From an uncultured Planctomycetia bacterium (GTDB lineage Bacteria > Omnitrophota > Gorgyraeia > 2-01-FULL-45-10), in assembly GCA_964352425.1 (NCBI GenBank), contig CAYGRZ010000005.1:1-61206 (forward strand): a stretch of 61,206 nt of DNA, read 5' to 3'. Numbering within the stretch: position 1 is the stretch's first letter; each line of letters begins with the position of its first letter. The notes under the pieces were generated by a model that saw nothing but the letters and a program-made list of their open reading frames with translations, was not told the DNA's origin and did not search any database. Below, in pieces: positions 8,804 to 16,106 of the stretch. The position numbers and the translations under genes were made by a program.

Positions 8804-8832
8804 TTGACTGTGCCGGAGCTTTGTTATACACT
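8804..8832 (+). promoter_or_regulatory. Putative promoter of the tRNA pair
   Basis: TTGACT 8804-8809, 17-nt spacer, TACACT 8827-8832, about 34 nt upstream of tRNA-Ala. Confidence 0.45.
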
Positions 8833-8865
8833 AATGGCTGGATTTGGGATAATTATATCTACTAC

Positions 8866-8939
8866 GGGGCTGTAGTGAAGAGGGATCACAGCACAATGGC
8901 ATTGTGCAGTCACGAGTTCGATTCTCGTCAGCTCCACCA
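8866..8939 (+). tRNA. tRNA-Ala (anticodon GGC), CCA encoded
   Basis: Hand-folded cloverleaf. Acceptor GGGGCTG/CAGCTCC has the G3:U70 Ala identity pair. Anticodon stem GCACA/TGTGC with loop ATGGCAT. T-arm ACGAG-TTCGATT-CTCGT. Ends ACCA. Confidence 0.85.
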
Positions 8940-9089
8940 TACTTCGCTTGTATAAGCTGACTCGAGGAGCTTCGTATGGCTAGCCCTACGAAGCCCTGAG
9001 TTATCGCATAGCGGCGTAGTATGAGCAGGCCTTGCGAAGCCCTGAGCAGCCGCCCCCCTCTTAACCATCAGAGGGAATTTTATTCTAAT

Positions 9090-9176
9090 GCCGAGGTGCT
9101 GGAACTGGCATACAGGCCGGTCTCAAAAACCGGTGTCCTCACGGGCATGAGGGTTCAACTCCCTCCCTCGGCACCA
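9090..9176 (+). tRNA. tRNA-Leu (anticodon CAA), type II with long variable arm, CCA encoded
   Basis: Acceptor GCCGAGG/CCTCGGC. Anticodon stem CCGGT/ACCGG with loop CTCAAAA. Long variable arm. T-loop GGTTCAACTCC. Ends ACCA. 87 nt. Confidence 0.85.
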
Positions 9177-9563
9177 TTACTCTTTATATTTTCTCCACAG
9201 GCGGAAGAGCTTCTCTTTATCCTCGCTCCGTAACTCCTTGAAGTGGACGCCGATCAGGAAATATTTCTTATACCTGCCCTTGACCTGCCTGAACCATTTG
9301 ACCGTCCCGCTGGCCCTGATCAGGTTCAGGCTCTCCTCATCCGGTATGAGAAGCTTCATCTGGAGCTTGGATTCAGGCGGCAGGGGCTTTGAGCACATTA
9401 TCTTCAGGCCGTCAGGAGTGAAATCGACCCCGCTCTCGTCGTAGAACTTCGGGTTGGTTTTTATAGCATCGAACTTCACGGTTTTTTTGCCGCTATCGAC
9501 CGCGACGATATTGATCGCGAAGTACTTCCTGGCTCTCGTATGCGCGCGCCGTTCCTTCATCAT
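9177..9563 (-). CDS. PilZ-domain protein
   Basis: N-terminal ERRAHTR (RxxxR) and a C-terminal GTVKW...YLIGVHFKEL pattern typical of PilZ. 4-nt overlap with the upstream regulator gene. Confidence 0.6.
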   Translation of the reverse strand: MMKERRAHTRARKYFAINIVAVDSGKKTVKFDAIKTNPKFYDESGVDFTPDGLKIMCSKPLPPESKLQMKLLIPDEESLNLIRASGTVKWFRQVKGRYKKYFLIGVHFKELRSEDKEKLFRLWRKYKE

Positions 9564-10273
9564 TCACCTATTATATGTTTCAGCGTGTTCAGTATTTCCT
9601 TGAGGGAGAGAGGCTTTTCGATATATCCTTCAATGGCGAGGTCGTTCACGTGGATATCGGCCACATCCTGGGGATGGCCGGTGATCACGACGACCGGGAC
9701 AGAGCTTACCTTCCGCAGTATCTTCAGGACCTCGACGCCGTCTATGTCCGGAAGCTTCAGGTCCAGGAGCACTATATCCGGCTTTATCTCCTCGAAATAC
9801 TCGAGCCCCATCTGGCCGTTGAATGCCAGGAACACCTTATAATTATGCGGGACGAGGAAGGAATAGAGCATCTCGCATATCTCCTGCTCGTCATCGATGA
9901 TCAGGATCTTCTTCAGGTGCGGGCCCATCGCGGGAGGGGGCGCGGTCGGGATAGCGCCCTTTTTTGATTTGACGAAATTGATGTATTCGATGATGCCTTC
10001 CACATCGGTCGGTGCCAGCTCGCTTACCTTTTCGCCGTCTATGTAGATCTCGTTCTTCGTTATCTCTATATTCCGCTCTTTCCCGCTCAAGAGGCGGCTG
10101 ATGGTGATGCCGAGGACTCTGGCAAGGCGCTTGAGCTCGTCGAGTTTCGGTACGCGCCTGCCGGATTCCCACATCCCGACGGTCGATTGGGCAACGGATA
10201 GTTTTTTGGCGAGCTCCTGCTGGGAGACCTTCTGGTTGAGGCGGGCGTTCTTCAGGTTATCCGCGAAACTCAT
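9560..10273 (-). CDS. Hybrid regulator: N-terminal XRE-family HTH plus C-terminal response-regulator receiver domain
   Basis: LKNARLNQKVSQQELAKKLSVAQSTVGMWESGRRVP is HTH_XRE. KKILIIDDE...PDIVLLDLKLPDIDG...VVVITG is a REC domain with the phospho-acceptor Asp. Confidence 0.8.
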   Translation of the reverse strand: MSFADNLKNARLNQKVSQQELAKKLSVAQSTVGMWESGRRVPKLDELKRLARVLGITISRLLSGKERNIEITKNEIYIDGEKVSELAPTDVEGIIEYINFVKSKKGAIPTAPPPAMGPHLKKILIIDDEQEICEMLYSFLVPHNYKVFLAFNGQMGLEYFEEIKPDIVLLDLKLPDIDGVEVLKILRKVSSVPVVVITGHPQDVADIHVNDLAIEGYIEKPLSLKEILNTLKHIIGE

Positions 10274-10329
10274 ACATAAAATATATCACGCATCGCGGCG
10301 AAGTCAACACAAAATGTGAAAATATTTTC

Positions 10330-10357
10330 TTGCAATTATCACAAATTGTGATATACT
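10330..10357 (+). promoter_or_regulatory. Promoter with an embedded palindromic operator in the divergent region next to the XRE-REC gene
   Basis: TTGCAA 10330-10335, 16-nt spacer, TATACT 10352-10357. Palindrome ATCACAA-A-TTGTGAT at 10338-10352 fills the spacer. Confidence 0.6.
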
Positions 10358-10377
10358 TCCATGGTGGGAGGTGGGTT

Positions 10378-10623
10378 ATGAAAGTCCTTCTGAAGATAGG
10401 CAGCCCTTTCAGGCTGTTCCGCGTAGAGCTCTCGGGGCCGGCAAGCATAGTGAGGGTGCGCAGCCTCGTGGGCAAGGGAAAATATTCCCAGGCGATGGTG
10501 ACGGCGTTGTCGGGCGACGGGTCGATAGAGGAGCTCACGGGATCGAGCGTTTCCCGCCTCAACGCGGATCTGGTATTGACCGAAGAAAGCGCCCACTGGG
10601 ATCTCGGCGGCATTAAACGGTAG
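10378..10623 (+). CDS. Hypothetical small protein (81 aa)
   Basis: ATG 10378 preceded by GGGAGGTGGG RBS. Codon usage matches its neighbours. No family recognised. Confidence 0.45.
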   Translation: MKVLLKIGSPFRLFRVELSGPASIVRVRSLVGKGKYSQAMVTALSGDGSIEELTGSSVSRLNADLVLTEESAHWDLGGIKR

Positions 10624-10642
10624 CCCGGAGCAGCTTTCTTTA

Positions 10643-10672
10643 TTGACCCTTCCGGTGTTTATGTGCTAAAAT
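10643..10672 (+). promoter_or_regulatory. Extended -10 promoter of nfo, implying a leaderless or near-leaderless mRNA
   Basis: TTGACC 10643-10648, 18-nt spacer, TGcTAAAAT 10664-10672. The nfo ATG lies at 10680 with no SD between. Confidence 0.5.
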
Positions 10673-10679
10673 CACGTCT

Positions 10680-11522
10680 ATGCGCATCGGGGTCCATGTC
10701 TCCATAGCCGGCAGGATATATGAGTCGCTTGAGAGAGCTAAATCTTTGGGCTGCAACACGATGCAGATATTCAGCCGGAACCCGCGCGGCTGGCAGGCCG
10801 CGAAGCTCGATCCGGACGATGTCGCGGAGTTCAGGCGGCTCAAGATCAAATACGACATACGTCCGGTCGTCATCCACATACCGTATATCATCAACCTCGC
10901 GACGCCCGACGGTGTATTATATAAGAAGTCGATAGCCGCCTATATCGAGGATATCAGGCGCGCCGATGAACTCGGCGCCGAATATTTCGTGACCCATCTC
11001 GGCAGCCATGTCGGAAGCGGTGAGGAGGGCGGGATAGAAAGGTTCGCCGCGGCCCTCCGCGAGATACTAAAGAAAGCAAGGCCGAAGACGATGGTGCTCC
11101 TCGAGAACACCGCCGGTCCCGGGTCCTGCATAGGGTACAGGTTTGAGCATCTGAAGCGTATCATCGACAGCCTGGACGATGCAAAAAATGTCGGCGTCTG
11201 CTTCGACACCGCCCATACGTTCGAGGCGGGGTACGACCTGAAGACCAAAAAGGGCCTTGAGGCGACGTTAAGGGAATTTGACAGGCTGCTCGGGCTGGAC
11301 CTGATAAAAGTGGTGCATTTTAACGACAGCCTCTCGCCGCGGGGATCTCATGTCGACAGGCATCAGCACATAGGCAAGGGCAAACTTGGGCTAGAGGCGT
11401 TGTCGCGGATCATAAATCACCCGAAGCTCAAAGGCGCGGCGTTCATCATGGAAACGCCGAAGAAGACGGATAAGGACGATAAGCGCAATCTGGCGGCGGC
11501 AAAGAAGATCTATAAAGGCTGA
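10680..11522 (+). CDS. nfo: Deoxyribonuclease IV (endonuclease IV)
   Basis: MRIGVHVSIAG...LGCNTMQIFSRNPRGW...VIHIPYIINLA...ENTAG...CFDTAHTFEAGYD...HFNDS is the AP endonuclease family 2 pattern. Confidence 0.9.
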   Translation: MRIGVHVSIAGRIYESLERAKSLGCNTMQIFSRNPRGWQAAKLDPDDVAEFRRLKIKYDIRPVVIHIPYIINLATPDGVLYKKSIAAYIEDIRRADELGAEYFVTHLGSHVGSGEEGGIERFAAALREILKKARPKTMVLLENTAGPGSCIGYRFEHLKRIIDSLDDAKNVGVCFDTAHTFEAGYDLKTKKGLEATLREFDRLLGLDLIKVVHFNDSLSPRGSHVDRHQHIGKGKLGLEALSRIINHPKLKGAAFIMETPKKTDKDDKRNLAAAKKIYKG

Positions 11523-11523
11523 T

Positions 11524-14004
11524 ATGGACGACGAGAGATTCATACCGTTCAATACTATTGAGCCAAAGTGGCAGAAGTTCTGGCGCGACAAGAGGCTCTT
11601 CAATGTCGACACGAAGAGCGCCAGGGACAAATACTATTGCCTGATGATGTTCCCGTACCCGTCCGCGGCGCTCCACGTCGGCCACGGGCGCAATTACATC
11701 ATAGGCGACGCCGTCGCGCGCTACAAGATGATGCGAGGCTTCACGGTCCTCACGCCGATGGGCTTCGACGCGTTCGGCCTTCCCGCCGAGAACGCCGCGA
11801 TAAAGGGCGGCATGCATCCGGAGGAGTCGACCCTCAAGAACATCAGGACCATGAAATCGCAGTTCAACCGCTGGGGTGTTGAGTACGACTGGGACAGGGA
11901 GGTCATCTCCTGCCTGCCGGACTACTACAGATGGACGCAGTGGATATTCCTGAAGCTGTATGAGAAGGGGCTCGCCTACAAGAAGAAGGCCTTCGTGAAC
12001 TGGTGCCCGTCGTGCAAGACGGTCCTCGCCAACGAGCAGGTCGTCGAGAACGCCTGCGAACGCTGTCAGGCGGAAGTTACCCAGAAAGACCTCGAGCAGT
12101 GGTTCTTCAGGATAACCCATTATGCCCCGCGCCTCCTCAAGGACATCGAAAAGCTCACCAACTGGCCCGAGCGCGTCAAGACCATGCAGCGTAACTGGAT
12201 AGGCCAGAGCCACGGCGTCGAGATAGATTTCCGGATCGACGGCTCCGACCAGGTCCTCCGGTGCTTCACGACGAGGGTCGACACCATCTACGGAGCCACG
12301 TTCATGGCGATCGCCCCCGAACACCCGTTCGTATCGATGCTGGTCAAGGGCGCGACGACCGAGGCCGCCATCCTGAAAGAGGTCCAGAGGATGCGCGGCG
12401 AGTCAAAGATAGAGCGCTCGGCCGCCGAAGTCGAGAAAGAAGGCATCTTTACCGGCCGGCATGTGATCAATCCGGTCACCGGCAGCAAGATACCGGTCTA
12501 CATCGCCAATTACATCCTCTTGGAGTACGGCACCGGCGCCATCATGGCCGTGCCGGCGCACGACCAGCGGGACTTTGACTTCGCGAAGAAATATAAGCTC
12601 CCGATAGTCGTCGTCATCGACGACCCTGGAAAGGCGCTCGACCCTGCGACGATGAAAGAGGCGTACGTCGGCGAAGGCGTGATGGCAAATTCCGCGCAGT
12701 TTAACGGAATGCCGTCGGGCGAGGCGGTCGAAAAGATCGCGGATTATTTCGAAGAGAAGAAGTTCGGCACGCGGGCCGTCCAGTACAAGCTGCGCGACTG
12801 GCTCATTTCGCGCCAGAGATACTGGGGCGCGCCCATCCCGATAGTCTACTGCGAAAAGTGCGGCGTCGTCCCCGTTCCCGAAAAGGACCTGCCGGTGCTC
12901 CTGCCGCACGATGTCGAGTTCAGGCCCACGGGCGACTCGCCGCTCAAGTTCTCAAAAGATTTCGTCAACACCGCTTGCCCGAAGTGCGGCCTCGCGGCGG
13001 CGCGCGAGACCGACACGATGGACACGTTCGTCGACTCGAGCTGGTATTACCTGCGCTACATTACGCCGAAGCTGGGTGACAAACCGTTCGACAAGGCGAT
13101 CGTGGACAGGTGGCTGCCGGTCGACCAGTATATAGGCGGCGTCGAGCACGCGATACTGCACCTTCTCTATTCGCGGTTCATCACCAAGTTCCTCCACGAT
13201 ATCGGATGGGTCGGCTTCGATGAGCCGTTCAGGAACCTTTTCACCCAGGGAATGATCACGAAGAACGGCGTGAAGATGTCGAAGTCCAGGGGAAATACGG
13301 TCAGCCCCGATGACCTTATAGACGCCTACGGCGCCGACACGGTGAGGCTGTACACGCTCTTCATAGGGCCGCCGGAGAAGGACGCCGAGTGGTCGGACAG
13401 GGGCGTAGAAGGCGCGTACAGGTTTTTAGGAAGGGTGTGGCGGCTGGTGGAAAAAGTCCACGGCCAGCTGTCCGGAGCCGGCAGGGAAGGCGCCCTCACT
13501 GAAGAGGAAAAGGCCCTGCGGCGCAAGACCCACCAGACGATAAAGAAAGTCACCGAAGACCTCGACGGAGGATTCCATTTCAATACCGCTATAAGCGCGG
13601 TGATGGAGCTCGTGAACCAGGCGTACGATGTCGTGGCGCTGGCCGAAGGCGGCCGGTGCGGGACTGAAGTCTTGAAAGAGGCGGTCGAAAGCGCGGTGAT
13701 GCTCCTTGCGCCGTTCGTGCCGCACGTTTCCGAAGAGATGTGGCAGTCGCTCGGCAAAAAGAGCAGTATCTTCAGGTGCCCGTGGCCGTCGTACGACACG
13801 GCCCTCATCGTTGCGGATGTCATCCCGATATCGGTCCAGATAAACGGCAAGCTCCGTTCCAAGGTGGACGTCCCTGTCGATATACAGGAAGATGCCCTTA
13901 AAGAAACGGTGCTTGCGGACCCCAAAGTCCGGACGTGGATAAAAGACGGAACTGTAAAAAAAATCATCGTAGTCCCTAAGAAACTGGTAAATATCGTCGT
14001 CTAG
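11524..14004 (+). CDS. leuS: Leucine--tRNA ligase
   Basis: 826 aa with HVGHGRNY (HIGH) and KMSKSRGN (KMSKS) motifs, a CP1 editing domain and the typical LeuS N-terminus. Confidence 0.95.
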   Translation: MDDERFIPFNTIEPKWQKFWRDKRLFNVDTKSARDKYYCLMMFPYPSAALHVGHGRNYIIGDAVARYKMMRGFTVLTPMGFDAFGLPAENAAIKGGMHPEESTLKNIRTMKSQFNRWGVEYDWDREVISCLPDYYRWTQWIFLKLYEKGLAYKKKAFVNWCPSCKTVLANEQVVENACERCQAEVTQKDLEQWFFRITHYAPRLLKDIEKLTNWPERVKTMQRNWIGQSHGVEIDFRIDGSDQVLRCFTTRVDTIYGATFMAIAPEHPFVSMLVKGATTEAAILKEVQRMRGESKIERSAAEVEKEGIFTGRHVINPVTGSKIPVYIANYILLEYGTGAIMAVPAHDQRDFDFAKKYKLPIVVVIDDPGKALDPATMKEAYVGEGVMANSAQFNGMPSGEAVEKIADYFEEKKFGTRAVQYKLRDWLISRQRYWGAPIPIVYCEKCGVVPVPEKDLPVLLPHDVEFRPTGDSPLKFSKDFVNTACPKCGLAAARETDTMDTFVDSSWYYLRYITPKLGDKPFDKAIVDRWLPVDQYIGGVEHAILHLLYSRFITKFLHDIGWVGFDEPFRNLFTQGMITKNGVKMSKSRGNTVSPDDLIDAYGADTVRLYTLFIGPPEKDAEWSDRGVEGAYRFLGRVWRLVEKVHGQLSGAGREGALTEEEKALRRKTHQTIKKVTEDLDGGFHFNTAISAVMELVNQAYDVVALAEGGRCGTEVLKEAVESAVMLLAPFVPHVSEEMWQSLGKKSSIFRCPWPSYDTALIVADVIPISVQINGKLRSKVDVPVDIQEDALKETVLADPKVRTWIKDGTVKKIIVVPKKLVNIVV

Positions 14005-14014
14005 CCGGTGTCCG

Positions 14015-15748
14015 ATGCCCAATAGAGACCACCTCGTATTCATATTCATTCTCGCCGCGATAACTCTCCTCGTCTATTACGATTCGTTCAATAACGGGTT
14101 CGTCTATGACGATTACCCGTTCCTCGTCCAGAACCCTTCCGTAACGAAGCTCGACATGAAGAATATCCTCGCGGACTTCACCGAGATGAACGCTGTCTCG
14201 TCAGACGAAAAGCTTGCCCGGGATGTCTGGCGCCCGTTCATGACGCTGTCTTTTGCTCTCGACTACAGGCTTTGGAAGCTGAATGCCCGTTTCTACCACA
14301 TCGAGAACGTCCTTTTCCATATCGCGAACGCCATCCTCATCTATATAGCCACTGTGCTTGTGATGGGCGACGGCTTCACCGCGTTCATAGCCGCCGTCGT
14401 ATTTGCTATCCATCCCGTCCAGACGGAGGCGGTGACATGGGTCTCCGGCCGCTCGAATGTCCTGTTCCTGTTCTTCTTCCTCCTGGCATTCCTGGCGCAC
14501 GTACAGAACAGGCAAAAGGGCGCGCGCACGCTGTACTACTGCCTCTCGCTGATATTCTTTTCGTGCAGCCTCATGTCGAAAGAGATGGCGATCGTCCTGC
14601 CGCTCGTCCTGATCCTGTATGACATGCATTTTTTCAGGAAGGATGTCAGGGCAGGTATAGGGTACTATATCCCGTTTTTTCTGGTCGCCGCCTCGTATAT
14701 CCTCACGCGGTTCTCCGTGCTCGGTGTCATTGCGCAAAAGAGCGAGTGGTGGGGAAGCGGCATCCCGGATACCGCTTTCGTGACGCTGAAAGCCGTCGCG
14801 GAATATGTGCGGCTCCTGATCGTCCCGGTTAATCTGAGGGTTGAGTACATGACGCCGCCCCCGACGGCGATAGCCGGTACCCAGGCGCTTGCGGTCTTCA
14901 TGACGCTTGCGTCGGTCGCGCTGCTCTACGCTTTTCTTCGATGGAAAAAAGAGGCGTCGTTCTACATCCTCTGGTTCTTCGTGACCCTGATACCGGTCTA
15001 CAATATCGTGCCGTTCAAGGCGGTCATGGCGGAGAGGTTCCTCTATCTTCCGCTGATCGGTTTCGCCGCGCTCTTCGGCATCCTTTTCTCGAAAGTGAAC
15101 ACGGCGGAGCGAATAGCGCCCCCGGTGAAATATTGCCTGGTCTCTATCCTGGTCTCCGTGATGGTCGCCTACGGCATGCTTTCGATCTCGCGCAATATCG
15201 AATGGAGGGACGAGATCTCGTTCTATACGCGCGAAGCCGCGCTCTCTCAGTCGCATCCGAAGGCGCATTACAATCTCGGGTACGTCTATGCGAAGAAGGC
15301 CTCGGAGGCCGCCGGGTCGGATAAGCAGACGGCCGGGGCGTATTATTCCCTGGCGATAGAGGAGTTCAAAAGGGCGATCGCGCTTAAACCGGATTCGCAG
15401 GTCTGCTATTACGCGTTAGGCAACGCGTATAATGCCCTGGGACGGCATGACCTCGCAATAAAAAATTTCAGGAAGGCCGCCGCCATCAAAGAGGACAGCG
15501 ATATCTACAATAACCTCGGCGTCGCGTACTATCGTAAAGGGATGTACGACGCGGCGCTGGGGTCGTTCAGGAAGGCGCTAAGGCTAGACGCCGGCCATCG
15601 GAACGCGTCGATCAACCTCGGCAACGCGTATTACATGAAACGCGACTTCGCGAAGGCGAAACAGGCATGGCTCAGGGTGATCCGCGGCGGCCGGGCGGGG
15701 GCGGACCTCGCGGAGTCCGTGAAGGCGCTCGAAAAGGCGGGATATTGA
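14015..15748 (+). CDS. Polytopic membrane protein with C-terminal TPR repeats (PMT/GT39-like, DUF1736-type architecture)
   Basis: About 11 predicted TM segments including WRPFMTLSFALDY, followed by four or more TPR motifs (AIALKPDSQVCYYALGNAY..., ALRLDAGHRNASINLGNAY). Confidence 0.6.
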   Translation: MPNRDHLVFIFILAAITLLVYYDSFNNGFVYDDYPFLVQNPSVTKLDMKNILADFTEMNAVSSDEKLARDVWRPFMTLSFALDYRLWKLNARFYHIENVLFHIANAILIYIATVLVMGDGFTAFIAAVVFAIHPVQTEAVTWVSGRSNVLFLFFFLLAFLAHVQNRQKGARTLYYCLSLIFFSCSLMSKEMAIVLPLVLILYDMHFFRKDVRAGIGYYIPFFLVAASYILTRFSVLGVIAQKSEWWGSGIPDTAFVTLKAVAEYVRLLIVPVNLRVEYMTPPPTAIAGTQALAVFMTLASVALLYAFLRWKKEASFYILWFFVTLIPVYNIVPFKAVMAERFLYLPLIGFAALFGILFSKVNTAERIAPPVKYCLVSILVSVMVAYGMLSISRNIEWRDEISFYTREAALSQSHPKAHYNLGYVYAKKASEAAGSDKQTAGAYYSLAIEEFKRAIALKPDSQVCYYALGNAYNALGRHDLAIKNFRKAAAIKEDSDIYNNLGVAYYRKGMYDAALGSFRKALRLDAGHRNASINLGNAYYMKRDFAKAKQAWLRVIRGGRAGADLAESVKALEKAGY

Positions 15749-15749
15749 T

Positions 15750-16106
15750 ATGTTCAGCCTGGAACGATCCGAACGGGCAGTGATACTGGTCTTGGTATGC
15801 ACGCTCCTTCTCGGCACCGGCGTCATCGTGTACAGGAAGGCCCATTCCGCGGCCGACGTCAGGATAGGGACGTTTGATGCCGCTCCCGCCGCGATCGCCG
15901 AGGGCGCTCGGGCAAAGGTCAATATTAATGACGCGGATATGAACGCCCTGATGCGCTTACAGGGCATCGGAAAAGTTTTGGCAGGGCGCATCGTCGCGTA
16001 CCGCGACGCCAGCGGGCCGTTTGTCTCAGCCGAAGAGCTGAAGAAGGTAAAAGGCATAGGGCGCACACTTTTTGACAAGATAAAAGACGGCATCTCGACG
16101 GAATGA
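15750..16106 (+). CDS. comEA: ComEA-family helix-hairpin-helix DNA-binding protein
   Basis: N-terminal TM segment. INDADMNALMRLQGIGKVLAGRIVAYRDASGPFVSAEELKKVKGIG is the ComEA HhH signature. Confidence 0.85.
   Translation: MFSLERSERAVILVLVCTLLLGTGVIVYRKAHSAADVRIGTFDAAPAAIAEGARAKVNINDADMNALMRLQGIGKVLAGRIVAYRDASGPFVSAEELKKVKGIGRTLFDKIKDGISTE

Noticed and set aside
8940-9089. 150-nt spacer between tRNA-Ala and tRNA-Leu, containing a 12-nt direct repeat (CGAAGCCCTGAG at about 8990 and 9036) and a small hairpin. Considered as a possible third tRNA or small RNA.
   Set aside because: No cloverleaf can be drawn and no promoter or terminator is visible. It is most simply a processed spacer of a di-tRNA transcript.
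10257-10613. Minus-strand 118-aa and 85-aa ORFs opposite the 81-aa orphan ORF.
   Set aside because: They have no RBS, overlap the XRE-REC start region, and are Arg/Pro-rich. The plus-strand ORF has the better start context. Coding status of the whole 10378-10623 region remains uncertain.
11446-12324. Long antisense ORFs inside leuS. Similar ones lie opposite secA (27082-28335), the PAS-GGDEF gene (37793-39076), ilvE/mcsA (48558-49667), clpC (51114-52124), the giant gene (44986-46038) and ispD (58421-59296).
   Set aside because: They are Arg/Pro/His-rich with no recognisable motifs, and each lies opposite a confidently identified gene. This is the typical shadow-ORF pattern in GC-rich coding sequence.
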